A stretch of DNA of 64,000 bases from Peribolospora baueri (taxonomy: Eukaryota), in contig JAMDHS010000053.1 of assembly GCA_029717555.1 (NCBI GenBank), forward strand, positions 62,001-126,000, written 5' to 3'. The notes below the pieces were generated by a model. It was not told where the DNA came from. It worked only from the letters and a program-made list of their open reading frames with translations, and ran no database searches. Positions 1-10,559 of this stretch are shown one piece after another. The translations under genes and the position numbers were made by a program. Every line of letters begins with the position of its first letter. Position 1 is the stretch's first letter.

Positions 1-350
1 TTGGTCGGCAGCGAGTGAAAAGCGCGCTTAATCTCCCTCCTGTCGGGCGTCCCGCGTTGAAAGGAGCTCGCGGACAACTTACAAACGCCCTGGACAACGT
101 TGAAATCGGCAGGGTTCAGACTAGAAGTCAACCATTTGACCCGAACATGACCGGGCGCCAGCTCAGGGAGGTCAAACGTGTGCCCTCGCAGGACTTTGGT
201 CGGGTCGCCGAAATCCTCGTAGACGATCGCGCGCGCGCGTTGGTGTAGCGGTGGGACGGTCATGAAGGTCCTCGCGAGCCGCAGAGCAGCGCTCCCCCCA
301 TGGAGAGGAGCGCCGTTGCGAAGGGGGGACGAGAGAGCTGCTCGCAGCAT
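1..350 (-). CDS. ETR1: Mitochondrial trans-2-enoyl-ACP/CoA reductase, 5' part (gene runs off the window start)
   Basis: Minus-strand exon 350-83 reads MLRAALSSPLRNGAPLHGGSAALRLARTFMTVPPLHQRARAIVYEDFGDPTKVLR...VRVKWLTSSLNPADFNVVQGV(Y), then a GTAAGT donor. The Arg-rich presequence and the NPAD.N..QGVY motif match the MECR/Etr1 MDR family. Not in the ORF track. Confidence 0.85.
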   Translation of the reverse strand, partial: MLRAALSSPLRNGAPLHGGSAALRLARTFMTVPPLHQRARAIVYEDFGDPTKVLRGHTFDLPELAPGHVRVKWLTSSLNPADFNVVQGVCKLSASSFQRGTPDRREIKRAFHSLPT

Positions 351-831
351 GGTTCGGGTCGGTCGTCGTCGGTAGCGTCTTTTGATACCGATCGAACGGC
401 AAGATTTGACGTCCTGAATGACGCCGCTTTAAAAAACTGTGCTGACTAAGCAGGAAGAATGGCTGCTGCCTCTGAACCTGCTCTGTATTCGAACAAGGCG
501 AGCAAGGTGTCCATCTTTTCTTAATGCCTGGAAGGACTTGCTTAGCCTACGCAAAGCCGGGCCAGTCCTGTCATCGTCACTCACTCACGGTGGGGAGTGG
601 GCGAGGAAGGCTGCCCGTCATGGGCACCACTGGACACACCACTGCTGCGGCTTCCGCCCGCTTCTTCTTGGCGGCCAATCTGGGAGTGCTTCTGCACCAC
701 GATACACCTCGTAACGAGCCTGGGACGGGCTGGGCTCCTCTGCTCGCAAGCTTACCCTTTTTCTATGCTCGCGCCTTTCATCTCCACAACTTGCGGTCAA
801 TCTGTCTCTCAAAAGATCACTCCTAGCGCCA

Positions 832-2947
832 ATGAGCGCAACCTTCCGTCAGCCTCCGTACGCCCACGCAGGCCCCAGTGCCTCCTCTCTGGATTTCCGT
901 CTTCTGGCCCCTTCTCCGGGCTCAGGAGCCGCTCAAGCGCCCAGAGCCGGAGAGCTTCGTATACTTCTAATGCCCAATGGAAGTTTTGTTCATGAAAATG
1001 ATGTAGCCGATGGAGCGAATACGCTTGCCGAGGAGACCGTCATCAAGACGCCGGGGCTTGTGGCGTCGACCAGGAGAGGGACGGTTCCCCATCTGACGAG
1101 GGACAATCTGGACAAGTTCCCGTCGCCCGAGGCGGTGTTCTTGCCGATGGAGCATTTGTGAGGATTGGATTCGTATATCTTTCGGAGTTGACATGACTCT
1201 CGGCACTCAGCGCTTCTTACTTATGCCTGACTCTCCTGGGACCCAGTCTAGACCCTCTTCCTCAGCCTCCACCTTCCACATCCTGGCCGCACGGTATCCA
1301 TTCCTTCCTCGGGTTCCAAGGATTCGAAGGCGACCCTGACGTGCCCAACCGGCCTCGAAAGGTGGTCTGTATGGGCTTACGAGATCCTGCGGACGGGACG
1401 GACCTGCCATACAACACCGACGCCTGGGTCACCGTCAGGACGGGCAGGGGATATCGCAAGGTCTCTTCCTCAGTGTACTACTCCTACCTTTCCGCTTACT
1501 CCCCAGACATCATTATCGCTTTTGCGGATGATCCGACCGTAACAAATCCGCCGCCTGGCGCAAAGCGCGTTGAGAAGAGCATTGTGAGGAGCTTGAAATG
1601 GCTCGAGGAAGGCATTCGGGCGAGAGATCGAGTGAGTCGGTCAATGAATGGGCTGGTCACATGAATGAAGGGAGAGAGCCACGAGCTTACGATTTTGAAA
1701 CGAAACCCTTGAAGATGCCGTCGAGGCCACACATCTTTGCCCAACTCATCGGCTCCAATTCCGTCGAACACCGAGAATCGTTCGCCCAATCGCTTCTCGA
1801 GCGCGTGTCCAATGGGCCGGCTAACGTTTGCGGTGACGAGCATTCAGCTTCGACCTCGGCGATGGGGAGTCTCGACGATGATGTGGCCGGATATGCACTT
1901 CCTCTGACCTTCCTGCGGCGATACACAGGCGTGGCCGTCCCCCGATCATCGCAAAGCGCCGTCGATGATCAGCGAAACGTTGCTGCCTCCCATCAACATC
2001 CCATGACTACCCTTCTGCTCTCATCCCTACGACGCCTCCCTCCCTCCAAGCCCCGCCTCGCGCAAGCAGCGCGCGGCCCGCACGAGATGCTGCGACTCAT
2101 CTCCACCGTGGGCGTGGACCTGTTCGACGCCTCTTGGGCGATCGAATGTGCGGATATCGGTTTTGCGCTCGACTTTGAGTTTTTTGAGGAAGATGAGCAG
2201 GAAGTGCGTTTGGTGGAGAGCAAATCAAAAGGGAAGGAGCTGGAAGCCGCAACAGGAAGGCCACTAATGCGTCAGGGCGCGGACGGGCGGGAGAGGAAGG
2301 ATATCGGACACAACCTTTATGACCAGATCCACAAAGAGGCCTTCGTTCCCATCCTTTCCTCTTCCCCGATCGCCACTTCGGTCACCACCCCCCGCCGCCG
2401 CTGTGAATGCCTAGCCTGCTCCCCGCGCCCGCCCACCTTCTTCTACCTCCCGCCCACGGAAGGCCACCCTCCCAACGCTGATCCGGCACCATACACACGC
2501 GCATACATCCACCACCTTCTTGCCTCACACGAGATGCTTGGCCACACTCTTCTCGCTGCGCATAACCTGTGCGTCGTGCAGAGTTTCCTCGACGACGTGA
2601 GGAAGGCCATTCTCCGCGACAGTGGAGTCATCGCGGACGGGGAGGAGCCAGCGGAGGAGCGCCTGTCGAAGAGTGCGAAGAGGGGCTTTAAGGAACTCAA
2701 GCAAAGCTTCCTGGAGCGATATGACGAGCAAGGCGCAGGGGAGGAGGAAGCTCGGAAGCTTATGAGGGCGGTGTATAAGGCCAGGGGAAAAGGCAGGGAA
2801 ATTGCGCGGTTCCCTGATATCGGCGTCGCGCTCGCCGCCGGGACTGACGGTGGTGGCGATGCAGCGACATCTGTCATTGCTACCGTCGGCGCTACTCCCA
2901 GAGAAGGGGAGGTCGCCGATGAGGCCAGTGAATGTGCGAAGGGATGA
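832..2947 (+). CDS. QTRT2: Queuine tRNA-ribosyltransferase accessory subunit (QTRT2/QTRTD1-like), about 3 exons
   Basis: Motifs TPGLVASTRRGTVPHLTRD, PHEMLRLISTVGVDLFDASW, the zinc site CECLAC and YTRAYIHHLLASHEMLGHTLLAAHN. Inferred introns at about 1158-1265 and 1632-1713 join the three ORFs in frame. Confidence 0.88.
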
Positions 2948-3195
2948 TGCATAAATACTTCTGCTTCGCGACCGTTGCTTTCCTGCCTCATATGTGTATC
3001 TTTCTGCGCGCATAGTCCCATCGCACCCATTCTGTCTGTACTTCCAGTCTCTGTGGACGTCGCAGACGGTCGAACCTGGCTCAAGTATGACACGAAGGGT
3101 CACGTGCTGATCGATCACTTTCGCTTCAACTGCTGTTCCGTTCTTCTCTTCTGCAGCCTCCTTACCTTGCCATTGATATCTCGCCACAACCCAAC

Positions 3196-6100
3196 ATGGG
3201 TCACAAAGCAAAGGGCAAGTCGTCGGCCACGAGCGGAACGCGCAAGAAGCATGCTCGACGCTTGGCCGGTACCGATGGCGACGAGCATGGCACTCCGCCC
3301 CCGCCGGCACCGGGAGGACGCAAGCTAAATAGGAAAGAGCGCAAGGACAAGCGGAAGGGAAAGGTCAAGGGCGTTTACGTTCCTCCGCCGAAACCTCCTC
3401 AGCCACCTCCGGATCCCTTGGACAGTCGAGGTATAGCGTCTATGCTACCACCGGAGCTTACTGTGTTGTTGCGAAAACTGGGAAAGAAGGACGTCGTGAC
3501 GAGGCAGAGGGCCTTGGAGGAGCTCTTGGCGTGGATCAAAGACCCGCGCGGGGATGGAGAGGAGGAGGAGAGGGAGGCAGCACTGATGCTCATGCTTCCT
3601 GTATGGGTGGGTGCACAGCAGTACTATCTGATTATGCTGGACGAGCTCGACTGACCTTTCAACGCCTTGCAGGCGCACCACTACCCACGTCTCTCTGCCC
3701 ACTCGTCCCGTCGACTGCGCTACCTTTCCACCCTCATTCATGACCACCTCCTCCGCAACCACTCCGTTCGATCAGAGCTTCTCGGCTCTCCCGAAGTTGT
3801 CGAGGCCATCCTGGGCTCGTGGGCGGTCAGTGTTTACGACGTGGACCGTATGACTGCCGAGGTGGCCAAGACGGGCTGGCGGACGTTCGTGGAATGGAGC
3901 GAGCCGGCGCGGGAAACGCAAGTGAATGAAGGGCTGGAAGACATTGTGGAAGAGGTGCACGAGCGCTTGTCGTCGTCTCCAGGACCGCTCTCTTCTGAGA
4001 CCATTTCACCTGCGCCTAGCACCCCTGGAACACCTCTTCGCATGCCGACTGCCCCATCCACGTCGGCACATTCGTCAGAGTCCAAGCTTCTCCTCACATC
4101 CGATCATCTCTCGCTGTTGCTCGACCATTTCAGCTACCTCATTCTCAGTCCCTCGGTCGCTTTAGAAGCAGGCGGTGAGGCGAAGAGCCGCGATGCTGGA
4201 ACGATGGAGGAGGACGCTGTCGCGCGAAGGGGGCGGTTGGCGGGAGCAGCAATTGGCGCGCTCGACTGGGTCGTCGGTGAGTGGACGGAGAAGAGGGTAA
4301 TCGGCCTATCTTGCGCTTTCATCGATTAATTTTCGTTACCTTTTTTCGTTCATGTAGGCACGCATCCTACCCCACTACCTGTCGAGCGGCTCCTCACGCT
4401 CGTCTCTTCACCTATCCTGTGGACAGCCGTCTCTAGCCATCCTGGAGCGCTCGGCGAGTCTGCTCCCCACGCACGGTCACGCGCGTACACCCTCCTTCGC
4501 ACCGTGGTGGAGAAGCTCCCTACCGATGTCGTGCAGCGTGACATGCTCCGAACAGTCTCTAAAGCAGCGCTCAATACGGCAGCATGGGAGGAGATGGACA
4601 TTGGCGTTAGGAGGACAGCTTGGGATGGCGTGCTCGTCGTGCTCAGGAAGTTTCCGCAGGCGTGGGAGATTGCGAGTGGCGGTCAGGGAGAAGAGGAGAG
4701 CGACGAGTCGGACGAGGAGGATGAGTCGGGGTCGGAGGAGGACTCTTCCCCGCGATCAGCGGCGTACGCGTCCTTCCTGTCTTTCCTTCAGACAGCATGT
4801 GCTTCCTCGCCCGTGCTCTCCTACCCAGTCGTCCTCCTTATCCTCTCCACTATTCCACCTTCGGTTCTCCCGCTCGATCCTCCCTCCCTCTCCGAGCTCT
4901 TCGCATCCTTCTATGCCGCCCTCGACAGCCGCGCTCTGGAGAACGACCCAGTCGGCGCGAAAGCCTGGCTTGCCGCATTCCTGGAATGCGCGGTGTGGAT
5001 GGCCAAGAAGACGAGCAAGGAAGGCGGGCCGACTGGGCCTGAGACAGCCAAGGCAGTCCTTTCGGAGCAGATCGGGCGGGTTTTGCGCGAGCTCGTCGAG
5101 GGGAGGCAAGAGGTCTCGGGCGGAAAAACGGCGCTAAAGGGACGGCGGATTGGTAACGAGAAGCTCGCGCTCGAGGTGGCCGCCACGCTGAGGAAGCTGG
5201 ATGGCAGCGAACTGCTCTCGGTCGCATGGGAGCCTTTTCGAACGGCTCTCTTGACGTTAGCTGTGCCCGCGGTGGAGGACGATTCGCGAAGTCCTGTCGA
5301 GCGACTCGCCGCTCTCCATCGCATCTTCGATGTGCTCGTCGCATTGCGGTCCCCTGCAGGCAACGGAGGGGCACCGTCCGACCACATCCTTGGGCAGATC
5401 GGAACGCTCGTGCGGGATGCAGTGCTTTTAACTGCGTCATCCTTTCCACAGGCCGGCGAGGTTTCGCTCGAGCTGATGTGTCGTGCGCTTCTCGATTTTG
5501 ATGCATGTCTGGCGGAAGGGCCAGACGGTCAAAAGGCGCGCTTGCACTTGGACGAAGTGGCCTTCGAGCGTCTCCCGGCCGCCATCTCTTCTTCGCTTTC
5601 TTCATCAGCCATCGCTTCGTTCCTTCTCGCCTTCCTTTCTCGCCGCGGCGACTCACGACCTATCGACCTGGCGTGGACGTCCGTGCTCGGCGCAATAGCG
5701 TCTCTTCAGGACGGCGAGCGGAGAGTAGAACTGCTAGTGGCCATACTGGCCACCGAAAATGCCGCACTACCAGAGGGGCTGGCCAACGCTCAACTCGACG
5801 ATCTCGCTCTCGACCTGTTGGAGGCCAAGCTAGAGTCTGACGCATTGGACGAACAGACAACGGAACTTCTCAGTCGGTTCTTGATCGATCCTATGCACCT
5901 TATCGGACCTTCTACGGTCGGGGACTTATTCGCTCGTCTGGCCAAGCACATCCGCCGGTGCATCGACTCACTTGTCACCACACAAGCTGCTCCCAATAGC
6001 TTGGTAGGGCCCTTGCGACTAGTACGTCGGATCGCTTCGAAGGGCGAGGACCTCTTCTCGAAGACGGAGGAAGCATCATCGCTGATTCCATCCGTGTTCG

Positions 6101-9100
6101 AGATGGTGCACGTGGTATCCAAGGTAAAGGAGCTCGAATTGAAGAAGAGCGAGACGGCGACAGCGAAAGAGGCGTGGAATGTCATAGTCCGGGGCCAGCG
6201 GGACACAGAGAAGTTGGTCAGGTCGGTGTGCGAGAGGCTGAGAGAGAGGGTGTCCAGTGTTGTGGTTCGAGTCAGGTGAGTGGACAAGATTCTTCCATCC
6301 CTAGCTTGACTAAAGTTGACCTCGAACCGGCTCCTCGTCGTTTCGCTCCCTCAGCCCGGAAGACCTTGTTGCCGCCGCTTTCTCAGCCATACGATCTCTC
6401 GGTTTCGGCCAGTGGACTGACCTCGTCTTGGAGGCTATGCGCCCATCGCCTTCGGCTCTTACTAATGGCCTTGCGATGCTCGTCGAGGCGCCACCGAACT
6501 CAGCTTTGGCGTTACTGGACCCTGTCATCGTGCAGACCGGGGCCGACTCACTGCTAGGCGAGCGAAGGGATGACTACTACGACTTCCGAGGCTTCTCCGC
6601 CTACGCACGACAGGTGTCCGCGCTTGTGGCCCTGCTGTTGGAGGACCGAGTGCTTGCGCGGCGCCATCCTTGGACGCTCCGGCACGTCCTTGCCGTGAGC
6701 ATAGCCGCCGAGGACGAGCGAGCACTGCGAGGGTCTGCGCCCTCCGTGTTCTCTTCAAAGGCCGGGCCCGGTGCGTTGGAAGGCGTGCAAAGTAGTTCGG
6801 TCCGGCTGAGCGCCCATATCGTGTCATCGATGGCGGGTGACCTTCCGAGCGACTGGCACGTCGAGATGGTTGCGAGCTTGCGATCGGCGAAGGACGCGTC
6901 TGCAGACGATGAGAAGGATTTGTCCCTGCGAATCATCTTTGTGGAGGCCAAGACGTCGAAGCGGAGCCAGGATGCGAGGCTGTTTAACCGCATCCTCACC
7001 GCAGTCCTTCATTACAGCGCCGCGGGTCCAGCGGACGCAGAGAGGTGGCTGGCGCTCGCTCAGAGCGAGCAAGACTCCGGTGAGGCCTCTCTTCCTTGCC
7101 GCGTTCATTACATAGGATCGTTGCACTAACAAGGTGTGACTGTTTACATTTGTGTAGCCCCGGAACTGGCCGAGGCGATCATCCACGCGGTTCAGCCGTT
7201 AGTGTACGAATCCCCACGCTTTGACCGTCTCCGGAACGAGCTGGCCTCTCGTCTGTCCGGCGTTCCCTCTGCCAAAGCCTCCACCGACGGACTGCGCTTA
7301 CTCCGTCTTCTCCTCGCCTCGGCGCCGCCTCTCGACTCTACGGTCATCTTCCTCCCGCAGCAGCGGTCCATCTTCCTCCTTCAGGCACTCCAACGCTGGG
7401 TCGCGAGCGACGACGAGTTTGTTGACGAGATCAATTCGCGTCTGGCCGAGCTTGGAGTCCATCTCGGCCCCATCATTCAGGACTTGTCGGGATCCCATTG
7501 GGATTTCCTGTTTGACCTCATTGAGACAAACCTCGAGGTGGGTGATGTGGCTTTCAGACATGTTTGCGCGTGGAGTCGATTCTGACTTGATGTTTTCTGT
7601 TCGGCGTAGATTTCTTCCGTTGACGATCTCAGCACGTTAGACGGCCTCTGGCATACGCTACGCCTAGTAGACAGCGTGAAGATGCTGGCAGAGTCGAACG
7701 AGACGATCCAAGGGTACTGGCGTGACCGGCGGCAAGGAATCCTGGAGCTCGTCCGAAATCTTTTCCTTGCCCAGGATGGCACGACGCAGAGCTCAGAACC
7801 TCAGAGGATGTGTGGGCAGTTGATCGTCGAGCTCGTGCGGGACATGCCGGCATCATCGCTCGGGTTCGATGAGCACTTTGCTCCGGTACGTCCAGTTCCA
7901 TTCTATCGCGGCCGTGCCGCCGATAGATACTGACGCAAATGCATGTTCCTGTTTTGGCAGCTGTGCGCCCTTCTCACCGGTCCGGAAAACGAGATTCAGA
8001 CGGTGTCGTACCGCCTTCTCAGCACGCTCGTCAAGAAACGTACCGAAGACCTGGTCGTCGAGGCGGCCATGGAACCATCCAAACTCGTTGCGCCTGCGGA
8101 GACTGCCGAGGCGGGCGAGGCGGTCGAGTCGCCCATGCCTGCCTTGGTGATCGAGCTGCCGGCAGCTTTGGTCGCCGTCCTGGACTCGTCCTTGGAGGTG
8201 GACATGGAGCGAGTGGAGGAGGAAAAAGATTTTCGGCTGGTGAGTGCTTTTTTAGCCGCCCAGCAGAGCTCTGACGTGTCACCGCTGACGTCGTGTCGAC
8301 CGTGGACCGGGGACGTAGGTCGTGTTCGGCCGTCTGCTCGCGTGGCTTCTTGCCCTGGACCACTTTGAGCAAGCGTCTCTGAAGCTGAAAGCGAGCTACA
8401 TCGAGCAGCTGGAGAGGCTTGGTCTGGTATGGTCGTCACTGCTTCCGCTCGTTTTCACGCTGCTAGGCGTTACCGAGCACCCTAAGCCGTTCGATCCGAG
8501 TCGGTGGGCCATCGACGAGGTATACGTTGATGGTGAGTACCCGGCCGGGGCTTTTCTTTGTGTGCAGGAACTAAGCGACGGCTTTTCTCGGCAGACCTAA
8601 CGTCGGACGACGTCCGGTCGTTGCAAGTGCTGGCGGCGCACGTCTACTACCGGTCGCTGGCGCACGTGCCATCGTTGATCCGGTCGTGGTGGTCGGATTG
8701 CAAGAACCGACAGCTATCGATGGCGGTGACGTCTTTCACGGCAAAGCATTGCTCGCCACTCATCTCGGATCGGGAGCTGTCACACCTGCGGGAGCCGGAG
8801 GCGCTGTCGGAGTTGCAAAACGAGAGCATGTCGATCAAGGTGCTGACGGGGACGAACGAGGTGACGGCTAGCTATACGGTGGACGAGCAGCCGATGGAGA
8901 TTAGCGTCAAGCTGCCTTCGGACTTTCCCTTGCATGGTGTGGAGGTGAGGGACCTTAGGAGGGTGGGCGTGAGCGAGGCGCAGTGGAGGAGCTGGCTGTT
9001 GGGCGTGCAGCAGGTGATCACGTCGAGGGTACGTACGTCGGCTGTGTTTGCGGCCATCGCTGTGTAGTCAGTTCTGACGCCCTCATCGCCCGTGGCACGC

Positions 9101-9616
9101 AAAACCACAGAACGGACTGATCCTGGACGCGCTGATGCTGTTCAAGAAGAACGCAGAGGCAAAGTTTGAGGGGCTGAGCGAGTGCGCGATCTGTTATGCG
9201 GTGATCGGGATGATGGATCGGAGCTTGCCGACGAAGCCGTGCAAGACATGCAAGAAGTGAGCCCGAATCGCTCTGTGCTGCGATGTGCCGTGCAGGAGCG
9301 AGTGGAAGGAGACGGGCGTGCGGTGACGCTGACATGATGGCCGACTGTCTATCTTATCTGTTCTCGCACAGCCGCTTCCATCCGGGATGTCTTCTCAAGT
9401 GGTTTTCGACGAGCAGCTCGGTGAGTGTCGTCTCGTCTCGTCGACGATCTCGCGTTGCCGACTCGGCCTCTGACCGCCCCTTTTCCTCGCTTGGTCTTGT
9501 CTTGTCTTGTCTTGTCTCGTCTCATCTCTTCCCGTCTCGTCATTGTTGTCTTGCCCGCCCTCGTCCGTACACGCACTCTTTAGGCCACTTGTCCGCTCTG
9601 TCGCAGCTCGTTCTGA
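3196..9616 (+). CDS. LTN1: Listerin E3 ubiquitin ligase (ribosome quality control), multi-exon
   Basis: N-terminal LRKLGKKDVVTRQRALEEL, a long helical body, an RWD-like region (EVTASYTVDEQPMEISVKLPSDFPL) and a spliced C-terminal RING ECAICY...CKTCK..FHPGCLLKWF...CPLCRSSF with stop at 9614-9616. Confidence 0.93.
9495..9515. repeat. (CTTGT)n pentanucleotide microsatellite in the last LTN1 intron
   Basis: tcttgtcttgtcttgtcttgt read directly. Confidence 0.85.
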
Positions 9617-9923
9617 GCGGCGTCTAACTTATCGTCCGTAGCATGAAATGGCGGAGCGACGTATCTACGAACGTACCACCTGTCTGTCTTCTGGTCGTGC
9701 ATGCGATGCATTGCTGGACGGCGAGGGGTGACGGTGCACCACCACCTTAGGCTTGCTTGGCACGGCTCGGCTCGGCTCGTGTAGGGTGTCTGGCCTTCCG
9801 ACCAACCGAACAGCCGAGCCGGGTGAAGCAAGCAAGCGGCTACAGAAGGGAAGGAGCATCGACGAGGAGATGATCGGGCGTGGGCGTGTGCAGTCGGCGC
9901 TTGCTTGGAATGGCGCATGCTGT

Positions 9924-9954
9924 GTCTGGTCTGGTTTGGTCTGGTCTGGTCTGG
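9924..9954. repeat. (GTCTG)n imperfect pentanucleotide microsatellite, intergenic
   Basis: gtctggtctggtttggtctggtctggtctgg read directly. Confidence 0.85.
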
Positions 9955-10205
9955 GCGGCGGTGTCGACGTCCATGCTCATGTTTATGTCTGTCTGTCTAT
10001 GTCCATCGGCAGCTGGTTCGAATGGAAAAAAGACAAAGATGCGTGCCGAGGCTGAGAAAAGAACGAGAACAAGAGAGGGGAATAACAACGAGGATAATGA
10101 GGGCGGCAGCAAAAACGAATTCCATCATGGGTCCGGCTTCTGTCTTTCGCTTGCCGGCCGGCGATCGGACGTTGCACTATCCTTGGCACCGACGTAGCAC
10201 ACACT

Positions 10206-10211
10206 GACGAC

Positions 10212-10245
<34 letters not shown>

Positions 10246-10312
10246 GCGACGACGTGGACGACGACAACGACCACTACCACTACCACTACCACCACCACCA
10301 CCACCACCACCA
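10206..10312. repeat. Compound trinucleotide microsatellite (GAC)n-(GACGGC)n-(CACTAC)n-(CAC)n
   Basis: Read directly, about 250-350 nt upstream of the ferric reductase ATG. Confidence 0.9.
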
Positions 10313-10559
10313 CCTCGCTCCGGCGCCCAGCCCATCGCCCACGCTTCACCGCCGCACCGGTCCCAGCTCCACAGACGCTCCTTCCCTTCTCATCAACCGC
10401 TCTCCTCTCCTCGCCCGTCCTCGCGCGCCGACATCGTCGACCCCCTCCCGCGTAGCCTGTCCTCGTACCGGCTCGACAAGACCTCCCCATCGAGCACGGC
10501 TTGGCTTTTCCCCGACCGCCGCTCGGCGGCCGGTCAGGCGGACGATCCTTCTCGCCACC

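Noticed and set aside
1598..1713. Apparent frameshifts between consecutive ORFs (QTRT2 and most other genes)
   Set aside because: Explained by canonical spliceosomal introns, not by programmed frameshifting or pseudogenisation.
2443..3310. Long antisense or overlapping ORFs here and throughout the window (e.g. 23494-24465, 38993-39511, 46787-47536)
   Set aside because: Shadow ORFs expected opposite GC-rich, codon-biased genes; none shows a recognisable motif.
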